A DNA stretch of 39,546 nucleotides from Leptospirales bacterium (GCA_040326155.1 JBEQLE010000040.1:1-39546); one strand, 5' to 3'; shown: positions 27,654 through 38,186, counted from the stretch's first letter. Made by a program: numbers and translations. Notes: generated from the letters alone by a model not told the origin.

Positions 27654-28610
27654 TTATACCTGTCTTTTAGCCAATACATTCGAGAAATATTCTACAGTTA
27701 AGGCGAGTCCGTCTTTTAACTTTACGCCGGGGGTCCATTGCAATATAGATTGAGCCTGGGATATATCGGGGCAGCGTCTTGTCGGGTCGTCTGCCGGTAG
27801 TTCTTTATAATCGAGTTTTATCTCCTTTTGAATTGTTTCTCCAACCAGAGTGGTAAGTTCACTGATGGTAAATTCATCAGGATTCCCGAGGTTAATCGGG
27901 ACGCCCGGAGAAGTTTTCAAGTTCATCATGGCATAAAAACCTTCTACCAGATCAGAGACAAAGCAAAAAGAACGAGTCTGGGCGCCATCTCCATAAATTG
28001 TTAATGGTTTGTTTTGCAAAGCCTGGACAATAAAGTTAGAGACCACTCGACCGTCATCGGGCAGCATAAAAGGACCATAGGTATTAAAAATTCGAATGAG
28101 TCGAACATCGGTTCCATAGGTTCGCATATAATCAGTAGCGAGGGTTTCTGCCGCTCTTTTTCCTTCATCGTAACAAGAGCGAATTCCTATGGGGTTTACG
28201 TTTCCCCAATAGGTCTCTTTTTGCGGGTGTTCGAGTGGGTCCCCATACACTTCTGAAGTCGAGGCGTGTATAAATATAGCATTGTTTTTTTTAGCGAGCT
28301 TCAAAAGGTTTAATACTCCGAGCGCTGAAGTCTCCCATGTGTAAATCGGGTCTTTTTGATAATGAGGCGGTGAGGCGGGACATGCCAGATTAATAATAAC
28401 GTCGCATTCAATTTCTTTGTATTCTCGAATATCATGGTTCTCTAATTTGAAATTTCCATTGGAAATAATTTCCGTCAAATTCGATTCTTGTCCTGTATAA
28501 AAATTATCCCAGACAATTACCTTGTGGTTTTCCTCGAGCAGTTTGCGAATTAAGTTGGCGCCTATAAAACCGGCTCCTCCGGGTATTAGTACTGTTTTTT
28601 GAACATTCAT
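27654..28610 (-). CDS. UDP-glucuronate decarboxylase family SDR
   Basis: GGAGFIG, LACPASPPHYQ, STSEVYGDP, CYDEGKR, RIFNTYGP motifs. Confidence 0.93.
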   Translation of the reverse strand: MNVQKTVLIPGGAGFIGANLIRKLLEENHKVIVWDNFYTGQESNLTEIISNGNFKLENHDIREYKEIECDVIINLACPASPPHYQKDPIYTWETSALGVLNLLKLAKKNNAIFIHASTSEVYGDPLEHPQKETYWGNVNPIGIRSCYDEGKRAAETLATDYMRTYGTDVRLIRIFNTYGPFMLPDDGRVVSNFIVQALQNKPLTIYGDGAQTRSFCFVSDLVEGFYAMMNLKTSPGVPINLGNPDEFTISELTTLVGETIQKEIKLDYKELPADDPTRRCPDISQAQSILQWTPGVKLKDGLALTVEYFSNVLAKRQV

Positions 28611-28737
28611 TATTGGGTTATTTTTGCAGTGCGTTATGCTCCGACAACTTTATTTCTGGCCATTTATCTTCTTTAGACTTAAAAAACAATTTACCGGTAC
28701 AAGGGAATTTCGATAATATCCGGCTATTGTATAAAAA

Positions 28738-30513
28738 ATGGTTATTATTATGAAATCTTATCTACGAAAATTATTAGTATTAGCAGCGGTAATTAGTTTT
28801 AACTTTACTGCAACGGTGAATGTCTATGCACAAGCTGGAAGTGATTCAGCAGGAAGTAATTCCAAAGAAGCGTCTATAATTCCAAAAGAGAGTCTGGTTA
28901 TATCGAACTTTACGAAAGAGAGTTCGAACCACACACCAAGCGAAAAGGTAATTGAGACCACTTATTTCAATATTACGATAAACTCGAAAGGTGGAATGTT
29001 GACTTCGTTTCGGCATAAAGACCCCGAAAATCAGTTAAAAAATAATGTAGAGATAGTCGATGTTGAAAATCCGTTTCGATTTGACTTTTACTTGTACAAT
29101 CGAGCAGGGAAATTCGATACTCGTGAATTTATGCAGGCATTGCAGTATAATTTGGATGTTAGAGAATCTGGCGATTTTATTACAGTGCGCGCTCAGGTTT
29201 CCATTGACGCGGTACACACCGATGTTCAAAAAAACAAAGATACTATTATTCCTCTACTACTTGAAAAAGTATACCGTTTTCATAAAACTCTGCACTACTG
29301 GGATTTCCAGTGGAATGTTACCAATAAAAGCAGCCATATGGTGAGCTTGTCTGAACTTCGTTTTTTACCAATTAATAAAATTGGTCCGGTACCTGAAACG
29401 AACTCTTCGATGGAGATGAGAAATTTTAATGCGTTTTACTATCTAGATGAAGACTTTGAAACTAAAAGCAGTGTAGATTCCGGTGAAGGAATGATGGGCT
29501 TCGGTGGTAGCGACGAGATATGGGAAAAAGATGAAAAAGCCGGAACCCTGGGGTTTTTCGGTATGGCTTCTCGTTTTATGATTATTGCAATGCAACCGCT
29601 GACAAAGACAGACGGTGTCGTTGTAGAGAATGACTATGAGAAAGAGATGGTCATGCTACATGCTATGCCAGAGCAGTTAACGATCAAACGCGGGCAAACA
29701 ATGTCGCACTCTTATATTGTGTATACGGGACCAAAAGTGAACCACTATATGGAAATAGATCAGGCAAAACTGCAAAAGAATCCTGAATTAAAGCATATGC
29801 ATCCAAAAATCTATAAGGCTTTTGATTTTGGAGTTACTGCCCCTATTCGAGATGCAATTGTATCTATATTGAAATTTTTCTACAAATTCATTCCAAACTA
29901 CGGAATTGGAATTATCTTATTTGCTTTATTTTTTAAATTAATATTTTTCCCCTTGAATCAGGCGCAAGCAAAATCTATGAAAAAGATGCAGGTTTTGCAG
30001 CCACAGATTAAAGAAATTAATGAAAAGTACAAGAATAATCCACAACTGAAGCAACAAAAAACACTGGCGCTTTACAAGAAGAACAAAGCTAACCCACTTG
30101 GTGGTTGCCTTCCCATGGTTATCCAGATACCGATTTTTATTGCATTGTATAGCGCATTTAGTAATGCATATGAACTTTGGGGCTCCCCTTTTATTCCCGG
30201 CTGGATAGACGATCTATCTAAACCTGATACACTCTTTCTTTTTCCAGAAGGAATTCCTTTTATCGGGGGTGGAGCCATGAACTTACTTCCATTATTGATG
30301 GTTGCGAGTCAGTTCTTACAGACTAAATTAACTACGGTTTCGGGTGACAAGAATCAGAAAATGATGATGTTCGCTCTTCCTTTTATGATGTTGTTTTTCT
30401 TTTACACCATGCCATCTGGAGTGGTTTTATACTGGATTGTTTTTAATGTATTTTCCATTGTTCAACAAGTGCTTACAAAATCTGGTGTGGCTGCCGCAGT
30501 AGCGCCTAAATAA
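28738..30513 (+). CDS. yidC: Membrane protein insertase YidC
   Basis: [46 protein letters not shown] motifs. Confidence 0.96.
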   Translation: MVIIMKSYLRKLLVLAAVISFNFTATVNVYAQAGSDSAGSNSKEASIIPKESLVISNFTKESSNHTPSEKVIETTYFNITINSKGGMLTSFRHKDPENQLKNNVEIVDVENPFRFDFYLYNRAGKFDTREFMQALQYNLDVRESGDFITVRAQVSIDAVHTDVQKNKDTIIPLLLEKVYRFHKTLHYWDFQWNVTNKSSHMVSLSELRFLPINKIGPVPETNSSMEMRNFNAFYYLDEDFETKSSVDSGEGMMGFGGSDEIWEKDEKAGTLGFFGMASRFMIIAMQPLTKTDGVVVENDYEKEMVMLHAMPEQLTIKRGQTMSHSYIVYTGPKVNHYMEIDQAKLQKNPELKHMHPKIYKAFDFGVTAPIRDAIVSILKFFYKFIPNYGIGIILFALFFKLIFFPLNQAQAKSMKKMQVLQPQIKEINEKYKNNPQLKQQKTLALYKKNKANPLGGCLPMVIQIPIFIALYSAFSNAYELWGSPFIPGWIDDLSKPDTLFLFPEGIPFIGGGAMNLLPLLMVASQFLQTKLTTVSGDKNQKMMMFALPFMMLFFFYTMPSGVVLYWIVFNVFSIVQQVLTKSGVAAAVAPK

Positions 30514-30548
30514 TTTGTGTTTCGCTGGGAAAATAAAAGGATGTTTAC

Positions 30549-31373
30549 ATGCAAATACTTGAAGTAAAATCTACAACAGACAAGGACGCTTCCAAAAAAG
30601 CGGCCCAGATATTAAAAATTCAACCCGATGAAATTGAAGCCAGGCTTCATATTAAAGGCGGGGGAGGGTTTCTCGGCCTTGGCTCAAAAGAGCCATCTAC
30701 ATATAGAATTTTTGCCATACAGGGTAAAACTCCAACAGAAGCCGTAATTACCGGTATTATTATGTTTGTAACTTACAAAATGGGTTATTTTGTAACGGTT
30801 GAAGAAATCGAAAAAACCGATGAAGATAAACTCTACGTCACCATGGTTTCGGAAAATGCCGGTCATGTGATCGGTAAACGTGGAAAAACCTTAGAGTCAT
30901 TGCAATTTATTGTTAATCTGGTTACCCAGCAATTTACTGGCGAACCGCCTAAAATTCTTCTGGATATAGAAAATTATCGTAAAAGAAGGGCAAAGTACCT
31001 GGCAGACATGGCTATACGAATGGCTGACGCGGTTGCCAAATATGGTAAAAGCCGTCTACTAGAACCTCTAAACCCGTTTGAACGCAGGTTAATACATGTG
31101 GAACTGCAAGAAGACGACAGAGTCGAAACAGAGTCCGAAGGCACTGGTATTTATAAAAGAGTTCGCATTAAAGTTCGGCCTGTTCCGGGAGCCGAAGTGA
31201 ATACGGATAAAATGCCGGAAGAAGTTCCTGCTGATCAGGATGAAATCGATGAAGAAAAAATTCTGGTTGGTTCAGATGCAGACCATGAGCATGAAGACGA
31301 CGATGTGAATAGTCCCTTAGAAGAAGATGTCCAGTACGCAGATGGTAACTCAGGCGATCATAATAACCCTTGA
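30549..31373 (+). CDS. jag: Jag/EloR/KhpB RNA-binding protein (KH + R3H)
   Basis: IGKRGKTLESLQ, ERRLIH; acidic tail; lies between yidC and mnmE. Confidence 0.93.
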   Translation: MQILEVKSTTDKDASKKAAQILKIQPDEIEARLHIKGGGGFLGLGSKEPSTYRIFAIQGKTPTEAVITGIIMFVTYKMGYFVTVEEIEKTDEDKLYVTMVSENAGHVIGKRGKTLESLQFIVNLVTQQFTGEPPKILLDIENYRKRRAKYLADMAIRMADAVAKYGKSRLLEPLNPFERRLIHVELQEDDRVETESEGTGIYKRVRIKVRPVPGAEVNTDKMPEEVPADQDEIDEEKILVGSDADHEHEDDDVNSPLEEDVQYADGNSGDHNNP

Positions 31374-32809
31374 TGGACAAACCGGTATGTGCTGTGGCTA
31401 CCCCTATTGGCCACAGCGCCATCGCAACCTTGCGATTAACCGGAGAAAGCACTCTGGCCTTAGTCGAAAAAATTTTTCAACCTGCGAAAAAGCAGGTAAA
31501 GTTGAAAGATTACCCCCGAATTTCACTTCTAGGTAACATTACTTTTAATAACGAACTTATTGATGAGGTAATTCTCGTCCCGTTTCTATCTCCTTACTCT
31601 TTTACCGGAGAAGAGATGGCTGAAATCCATTGCCACGGAAACCCTTTAATCGTTAAAAAGATTATACAGGCTCTTTATAAATCTGGTTTTGAACCGGCAC
31701 GCCCGGGGGACTTTAGTAGGCGAGCTGTTTTAAATGGGAAAATTGATCTGACCCAGGCGGAGGCAATTCTAGAAATTATCGAAGCGCGAGGCGAAAGGGA
31801 ATTACAAAAAGCCCAGCTAATGAAAGAGGGTAGTTTTCGAAACGAACTTCTACGGTTTCGTTCCTCCTTGTTGAATTTAGCCGCAGATTTGAGCGCTGAG
31901 CTCGATTTTATTGAAGAAGATATTCAATTTCAAGAAAAACCCGAGAAAATAAGAATTATCGATGAAATATGCAATGAGGTAAAAATTCTGCTGAAAAATT
32001 CCGAGCAGATGCAAATATTGCGTTCGGGGTATGAGGCTGTTTTGTTGGGCGCCCCCAACGCAGGCAAATCTTCTTTACTGAATTATTTAATTGGAAAAGA
32101 CCGGGCTATTGTTTCGGAACTTCCGGGAACAACTCGAGATTATCTGGAATCGGAATTGCAAATTAGCGGGATGCCAGTAAAGTTTGTGGACACGGCGGGC
32201 CTTCGAAAAGCGACTGACGATAACACCGAAAATCTGGGTATGAAGCGCAGCAAAGAAAAATACAAAGAGTCTGACATTTGTCTTCTTCTAATAGATTCGT
32301 CTATTGCCCCTGAAAACCAATTGCTTCAGGAATTAGACGATTTAATAGCAAATAATAAAAGTCCGATTCTGGTTCTTGTTTTAAACAAATGGGATATCGT
32401 TCAGGAAGAGTGGCTAAAGTCAATTTCGTCAAAACAGGCACTAAAAAAGAACCTGATAGTTGCTGGCTTATCTGAAAGTGTTGTTGAAAAACTTATAGCA
32501 GAAACACACCATATTTCCATTACTCAACAGCTAAATACGGAAGAGCTTAGAGACCGACTATCGACTTTAGTTGAAAATTTGCACCCTCATACGGGGTCCA
32601 TTTTACTTGCAGGGTGGCAAACAGAGATTATGGAAAAAATGTATGAGGAGCTTTTGAAGATGTCCGATGCGATAAAATTGAACGAATTGGCTGAAATTGT
32701 GGTTTCTCACATACAAAATTGTATCGACTTCATGAGTGAATTAACAGGCGAAATAACGAACGAAGAACTGCTCGGTAGAATTTTCAGCCGCTTTTGCATT
32801 GGTAAATAA
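31370..32809 (+). CDS. mnmE: tRNA modification GTPase MnmE
   Basis: SFTGE, GAPNAGKSS, GTTRD, DTAG, NKWD motifs; C-terminal FCIGK. Confidence 0.97.
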   Translation: MMDKPVCAVATPIGHSAIATLRLTGESTLALVEKIFQPAKKQVKLKDYPRISLLGNITFNNELIDEVILVPFLSPYSFTGEEMAEIHCHGNPLIVKKIIQALYKSGFEPARPGDFSRRAVLNGKIDLTQAEAILEIIEARGERELQKAQLMKEGSFRNELLRFRSSLLNLAADLSAELDFIEEDIQFQEKPEKIRIIDEICNEVKILLKNSEQMQILRSGYEAVLLGAPNAGKSSLLNYLIGKDRAIVSELPGTTRDYLESELQISGMPVKFVDTAGLRKATDDNTENLGMKRSKEKYKESDICLLLIDSSIAPENQLLQELDDLIANNKSPILVLVLNKWDIVQEEWLKSISSKQALKKNLIVAGLSESVVEKLIAETHHISITQQLNTEELRDRLSTLVENLHPHTGSILLAGWQTEIMEKMYEELLKMSDAIKLNELAEIVVSHIQNCIDFMSELTGEITNEELLGRIFSRFCIGK

Positions 32810-32818
32810 GATCTATTT

Positions 32819-33442
32819 TTATGGCTGCGCTGTGATATCAGGTTTGGTGTGAAAAAGCTGAACGTCAAAGAAAGCCAGATACCTGGCCAAAAATTCACGA
32901 AAGATATGCCTGAAAGAGGGTTGGATTCCGGGGGCGCTTGCAGAAAACCCCACCGCTTTTATACCGAAATGATCAGCGAGATATATGGCGCGCGGCAGGT
33001 GATAAAACTGTGAGACGATAATTGCTTCTTGTATATTATGAACGTTGCGGGCCCGATAGAGAGAGTCCAGGGTGCGTACGCCTAATCCGTCTTCTATTAA
33101 GTTTTCAGCCGGAATACCTTTAGCCAAAAGCTGTTTTTTCATTATTTTAATTTCGTCGTAATAGTCGTCCGTGGAGTCCCCGCTGATTAATATTTTGGAT
33201 ACATTCTTTTGGTGGTATAATTTTACGGCAGCTTCTAGTCGTTCCGCTAACATTGGCGATGGTTCCCCGTTTGCCTTTACGGAGGCTCCAAGAACAATTG
33301 CCATTTCTGTCGAGGGGGCATTTCCTACATTATAAAATATATTTTTTTTTACTTTGTCAGCCTGGTTTACATTCCATAAAGTTAGCGAGAGAGCGAGTCC
33401 GATACCAAAAGATGGAATAGAAAGAAAAAACCTTTTTAACAT
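32819..33442 (-). CDS. SanA/ElyC (DUF218) family protein
   Basis: IVLGA, LISGD, RTLDS, SQFYHLPRA, RE motifs. Confidence 0.88.
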   Translation of the reverse strand: MLKRFFLSIPSFGIGLALSLTLWNVNQADKVKKNIFYNVGNAPSTEMAIVLGASVKANGEPSPMLAERLEAAVKLYHQKNVSKILISGDSTDDYYDEIKIMKKQLLAKGIPAENLIEDGLGVRTLDSLYRARNVHNIQEAIIVSQFYHLPRAIYLADHFGIKAVGFSASAPGIQPSFRHIFREFLARYLAFFDVQLFHTKPDITAQP

Positions 33443-33499
33443 TATGGGTTGCCCTCTGGCCTTACATTCTCAGCAAAAACGAATTACCGAACTACCGAT

Positions 33500-34252
33500 T
33501 TATGCATGGGGGCCTGCGGCTTGTTTGGCGACAGCTTCTTGAGCTTCTTTAATAGCGTCTTCATCACCTAGAAAATAGCGTCGAATTGGTTTCAGGTTTT
33601 CATCTAATTCATAAATTAACGGTATGCCTGTTGGAATATTGAATTTCGGTATCTCTTCTTCGGAGAAATTGTCGAGGTACATAACCAGGGCTCGAAGCGA
33701 ATTTCCATGCGCTGCAATAATGACCTTTTTGCCCTGCAAAATCGACGGTGCGATTGTGTCTGTCCAATAAGGCAGTACTCGTTCGACGGTAAGTTTTAAA
33801 CTCTCCCCGCGCGGTAGCATCCTTTTGTCAATTTCTTTGTAACGTTGATCGTTCGCCGGATGACGTTCGTCAGATTCTTCGAGTAACGGAGGAGGGGTAT
33901 CGAAACTACGACGCCAGATAAAAACCTGTTCATCGCCATATTTAGCCGCCGTTTCTGACTTGTTTAAACCCTGCAAATCTCCATAGTGTCTTTCGTTCAG
34001 CCTCCAGTTTCGAAAAACCGGAATCCACAATATATTCAGTTCGTTTAGTACAGCCCAGAGTGTACGAATTGCTCTGGTTAAAACAGAGCTGTATGCGATG
34101 TCAAAAGTAAAATTATTCTCTTTCAGCAGTTTTGCCGCCAATTCAGCTTCTTCGCGACCTTTTTCGGTTAAATCAACATCATGCCAACCCGTAAATCGGT
34201 TATCTTTATTCCAGATACTTTGACCATGACGCAACAATACAAGCTTATACAT
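33500..34252 (-). CDS. gpmA: 2,3-BPG-dependent phosphoglycerate mutase
   Basis: [25 protein letters not shown] motifs. Start placed at MYKLVL. Confidence 0.97.
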   Translation of the reverse strand: MYKLVLLRHGQSIWNKDNRFTGWHDVDLTEKGREEAELAAKLLKENNFTFDIAYSSVLTRAIRTLWAVLNELNILWIPVFRNWRLNERHYGDLQGLNKSETAAKYGDEQVFIWRRSFDTPPPLLEESDERHPANDQRYKEIDKRMLPRGESLKLTVERVLPYWTDTIAPSILQGKKVIIAAHGNSLRALVMYLDNFSEEEIPKFNIPTGIPLIYELDENLKPIRRYFLGDEDAIKEAQEAVAKQAAGPHA

Positions 34253-34333
34253 ATAGGGCATGAGGGCTTAATTCCCTGTTTTGTAAATGAATTATTGTAG
34301 AGTAGCGGGGTTAATGAAGAAAGAGTTCAGGGT

Positions 34334-34450
34334 AAGGAAGGCAGGAAGGAAGGATAAGGAAGTACTGGAAAAGAAGGAAGAAGAGATTTTGACAGGATTT
34401 ACCGGTTAACAGGTTAAGAAAATACGGCCGGAAACGAGACTTGTATTTTA
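34334..34450 (+). repeat. Left arm of island 2: purine-rich repeat plus inverted tail of the REP-like repeat
   Basis: AAGGAAGGCAGGAAG...TTGACAGGATTTACCGGTTAACAGGTTAAG, then GGCCGGAAACGAGAC (reverse complement of the copy A/D tail). Confidence 0.85.
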
Positions 34451-34575
34451 AGCTCAAAACTTGTGAAATATAAGGTTCTGGGGCAAAGCGTATATGGGGA
34501 ATTGGGCTTTATTTATTATAATAACGAAGAAACAAAATGCGTGAAAACAAACAAGGTTAAAAGTATAACATTGTT

Positions 34576-34626
34576 GTAGTGCGGTCGAATTGTGAAGTGA
34601 ATAGCTATGAATTTTATACCTTAACA
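34576..34626 (+). repeat. GTAG REP-like repeat, copy B (diverged)
   Basis: GTAGTGCGGTCGAATTGTGAAGTGAATAGCTATGAATTTTATACCTTAACA. Confidence 0.8.
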
Positions 34627-34921
34627 TTTATTATATGCCTGTTTTGTTTATCGGAAATTATGCATAGCTTATTCTAGAAAGTTTACCAAAGCATAATTTA
34701 AGACATGTATATCATTCGATGATTATTATTTGTAATATATTATTGCAATTTACCGTCTGGATTTCATTGCGAAAACAGTATTCAACCCTGACAGAATTAT
34801 TGCTTTTGAGGGATATTTTGATTTTCGTTTGAATGATTAATAATTTGATTTAATCGATCTTAACATCAAAGGGAACCAAAATCTATATTCTGAATCGAAT
34901 CGCAGTTAAATACATTAATGT

Positions 34922-34964
34922 GCAACTAAATATTAGTTGCCAATACCGCTATATTTTATATATT
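34922..34964 (+). promoter_or_regulatory. hicAB promoter with palindromic operator
   Basis: GCAACTAA-ATA-TTAGTTGC overlapping TTGCCA-16 bp-TATATT. Confidence 0.6.
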
Positions 34965-34969
34965 AGATT

Positions 34970-35227
34970 GTGAGTAAGCAAGAGAAGCTACTGAAAAGAT
35001 TTCTTTCGAAACCTAATGATTTTAAATACACTGAACTTGCAACTATGCTTTCTAAAATGGGCTATAATGAAATTAAAAAGGGGAAATCAAGTGGGTCTAG
35101 AGTTGCATTCGTTAATGAAAAAACTAAGCATATGATTCGATTACATAAACCTCATCCGAAGAATATATTGAAATTGTACCAAATAGAATTGATTATACAA
35201 GAATTTAAAAAAATGGAGTTACTATAA
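34970..35227 (+). CDS. hicA: HicA family toxin
   Basis: GKSSGSRVAF, LHKPHP motifs; paired with hicB. Confidence 0.9.
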   Translation: MSKQEKLLKRFLSKPNDFKYTELATMLSKMGYNEIKKGKSSGSRVAFVNEKTKHMIRLHKPHPKNILKLYQIELIIQEFKKMELL

Positions 35228-35568
35228 TGAAAGATGTTATCGTTCACAATGATTTTATCGGTTCAGTTCACTTTAGTACTGAAGATGAAATATTTTTCGG
35301 TAAGATCGAAGGTATTACTGACTTGGTAACCTTTGAAGGCGAGACTGTAAAAGACCTAAAAAAAGCATTTGAAGAAGCTGTTGCAGATTACATTGAGTTA
35401 TGTGAATCTTCCGGAAAGGAGATTTACAAATCGTATAAAGGTAGTTTCAATATTCGGATATCACCTGAATTGCATAAAAAAGCGGTTGAAATAGCTCAAT
35501 TGTCCGGGCTTTCGTTGAATCAATTTGTTGAAAACGCTATTGAGCACGAGGTTGTAAATATTGCCTAA
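35227..35568 (+). CDS. hicB: HicB family antitoxin
   Basis: FFGKIEGI.DLVTFEG, AVADY, YKGSFNIRISPELH, SLNQFV (RHH) motifs; TAATG coupling to hicA. Confidence 0.92.
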   Translation: MKDVIVHNDFIGSVHFSTEDEIFFGKIEGITDLVTFEGETVKDLKKAFEEAVADYIELCESSGKEIYKSYKGSFNIRISPELHKKAVEIAQLSGLSLNQFVENAIEHEVVNIA

Positions 35569-35602
35569 TTGTGCTAACTTCCGAAGAACCGACTTTCCTC
35601 CT

Positions 35603-36319
35603 TTAACTATTCAGGAGCGATTTAAAATAGCCAGGAGTGGGGGCCTCAAATACCATCTTTTCTTTAGATACAGGATGCAGCAGAGTCAAAACCCCCGCAT
35701 GCAGCGCCAGCTTTCGATTCTCTTTGTCGTTGTTCCCATAAACTTTATCCCCGGCAACAGGGTGGCCCATTTCAGAAAACTGGGCGCGAATTTGATTCTT
35801 TCTGCCTGTTTTTAAATCGATTTCAAGAAGACTATAATTTTTGCCCTCTTTTAGAACCTTATACCCGGTTTGGGCGAGTTTCCCCTTGGCCGGGTCTTGC
35901 ACAGAATATACTTTATGCGCTATGTTTTCCGTTAAATAACTAGAGATCACATCCTCTTTTTTAGACAAAATCCCATGGACCACGGCGTAGTATTTTTTGG
36001 AAAATCCTTTCCATTCTGCCTGCAAAAAGATTTTTACTTTTTCACTTTTCGCAAACACAAGTACACCAGAGGTATCTCGATCTAATCTATGTACAATGAA
36101 TACTCGGTTTCTAGATTTCTCAACTCCTTTGCGTACATAGTTATTCAGAAGAAAATAGGCAGTTTTGTCTCGAATTCTATCCGTGCTCATAGTAAGCAGC
36201 CCGCTGGATTTAAAAACCACCAGAATATCATGATCCTCATACAGAATCTTAAGCCCTCTGGGATGAAACCTTTTTGGCGATGCCTTAAACTTTTTTCGAT
36301 TATCCTGCATGTTGGTCAT
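35603..36319 (-). CDS. RluA-family pseudouridine synthase
   Basis: ILYED, VHRLDRDTSG, TGRKNQIR, GDKVYG, LALHA motifs. Confidence 0.93.
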   Translation of the reverse strand: MTNMQDNRKKFKASPKRFHPRGLKILYEDHDILVVFKSSGLLTMSTDRIRDKTAYFLLNNYVRKGVEKSRNRVFIVHRLDRDTSGVLVFAKSEKVKIFLQAEWKGFSKKYYAVVHGILSKKEDVISSYLTENIAHKVYSVQDPAKGKLAQTGYKVLKEGKNYSLLEIDLKTGRKNQIRAQFSEMGHPVAGDKVYGNNDKENRKLALHAGVLTLLHPVSKEKMVFEAPTPGYFKSLLNS

Positions 36320-36641
36320 TCCTTGTTTAGATATCTATCGTTTGTCAATGCATTATTTGACAGTATAAAACCATAACATAGAACAATCCACCTTCTGTAT
36401 TCGCCCTGTAAAGGTATAACATAAACTGTGTTCGTTCAACGGCTTTATATGATAAAAATCGAGACTATCCGACTGAAGACCACGGCCCAAAAGTCAATAT
36501 TATGAGGTTATATGGGGTGATTCCGACTAGGTCAGGTTTAGAATAGAGATTGATAAATTATCCATAAAAATATATGAAAATAAAATCAACAAAAATCTGC
36601 GAAGCAAACATGAAATAAGGTTTTTGAATATATTCATTGTC

Positions 36642-36714
36642 GTAGTGCGGTCACATTCTGAACTATATACCAATGAATTTTCTACCTTAACATTTCTTAA
36701 ATACTGGTTTTGTT
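36642..36714 (+). repeat. GTAG REP-like repeat, copy C (tail similarity ends at GTT)
   Basis: GTAGTGCGGTCACATTCTGAACTATATACCAATGAATTTTCTACCTTAACA...GGTTTTGTT. Confidence 0.8.
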
Positions 36715-36734
36715 ATGCAAAAAAAATGATTTTA

Positions 36735-36763
36735 TTGACTATTGGTAATTTATATAGTATATT
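36735..36763 (+). promoter_or_regulatory. Putative sigma70 promoter
   Basis: TTGACT-17 bp-TATATT, followed by GAGG RBS and ATG 36789. Confidence 0.65.
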
Positions 36764-36788
36764 ATGTAAGAGAAAGAGGTAAAGCTAT

Positions 36789-37007
36789 ATGCCAGTGAAA
36801 TCAACTAGAGAATTAATCAAAAGTAACAGGTCCGATTCATTAAATGAATCTTTATCAACAAATCCGACTGAAAATGTTACAGTTAACCCACCACCAACAA
36901 TCATAAGTGGCATCACCATTGCTCCGCCAGTACAAGCTACCTCAACTGTGGGAAACCCTGGTATGGGATCGGGTGCGCAAGAAGGGCAACAAATAGCTCA
37001 AGAATAA
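36789..37007 (+). CDS. Small low-complexity (Pro/Ser/Thr-rich) hypothetical protein
   Basis: 72-aa ORF with good promoter and RBS. Confidence 0.55.
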   Translation: MPVKSTRELIKSNRSDSLNESLSTNPTENVTVNPPPTIISGITIAPPVQATSTVGNPGMGSGAQEGQQIAQE

Positions 37008-37030
37008 CTGTAGAGCGTAAAATTTTTTAA

Positions 37031-37999
37031 ATGCCGTTAAATTCCTTTGCTCAAGTTGTAATATTAATAGTATTTCTATTACCAGGTTTTATTTTAATAA
37101 AGGTAAGATAATATGTGCGCGAGTATAGAAATTTCGACTTATTTACAGCCACAATTCAATCTCTTTTCTTAAGTATCATCATAATCACGACATGGGGCTT
37201 AGTTAATTATTTTTCAGAATATTTTTTCCCTCACTATCACTTTTCTGAACACATTAAACAACTGTTAACAGTAGAGGAATACAATAATGTTTTGAATGGG
37301 AGTTGGCTTATTTTTGGGTTCTTAACGTTCCTTTCTACTGTTGTAATTTTTTCTATAATATTCTTCGTCTGGGAGTGGTTATCTTTAACACACCTCTTTG
37401 TTATAAATGTGCTGGGTTTTAAAAATAAAACTAAGAATTTAACTCCCTGGGAAGATCTTTTCACTTTAAGTCTCGGAAAATATGCCTTTATACGTACTAA
37501 AGATAAATTTTCTTATATGGGAAAAATTAATTATGTAAGCCACCACCCATTTGAAAGAGAATTAATACTTAGTGAACATGAGCACTATCCTTTAACAATA
37601 ATAAATGACTCTGGCGTGGAAGTTAAGTTTTCGGAAACCATAAATCATGCGTATATAAATGCCAAGGAAGTAGATTCCGTTTACATTATAGATACTGGTG
37701 TTAAGATTGATAAGTTGAAGCCCAGTGCAGATAATTCTGGAATACGCAATTTAATCATAACTCTCACGAATGTATTAACTGATTTAATCAAAAAAGCACC
37801 CGTATTTTTAACATTGTTATCATCATTGGTTTTTGCCATCAGTATGTATATTGGGACATTCACGCTTGCTAGCATTTTTGCTTGCGAACGAACATTTGAC
37901 TTTATAGATATCTTTTTATTAGTATTACCTTTTATTCTATTTTTTACTACAGTCCGTTTAGCGCGCTTCGGCTATTATAAATATTCAAATTTAATTTGA
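37031..37999 (+). pseudogene. DUF6338-like multi-TM protein interrupted by an in-frame TAA at 37109-37111
   Basis: ATG 37031 gives MPLNSFAQVVILIVFLLPGFILIKVR*YVREYRN..., in frame with the 294-aa ORF; LLPGF and TPWE motifs. Confidence 0.65.
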
Positions 38000-38015
38000 T
38001 TCTAATGTTTCTTCA

Positions 38016-38186
38016 GCATAACAGATTTTCATCTGCTCAGGCGCGACTCACACTTTGACAAGCTCAGTGCATCGCTTCGGCTACGTTCAGTGCAATTCGT
38101 GCGCCTTCGGATTTCGCATCTTATTATCCATCAAAATGATATTCACATTTAAAGATACTTCCGATCAAATGTTTTTTCCATAGAGC
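38016..38186. repeat. attC-like site, copy 5 (same orientation as copy 4, truncated, with ~50-bp insertion)
   Basis: GCATAACAGATTTTCATCTGCTCAGGCGCGACT[insert]GCGCCTTCGGATTTCGCATC... matches the reverse complement of copy 3. Confidence 0.85.

Noticed and set aside
36320..36640. Possible further cassette end or gene remnant upstream of the RluA gene
   Set aside because: Only a weak TTCAACGG motif; no alignable similarity to the attC-like family and no convincing ORF.
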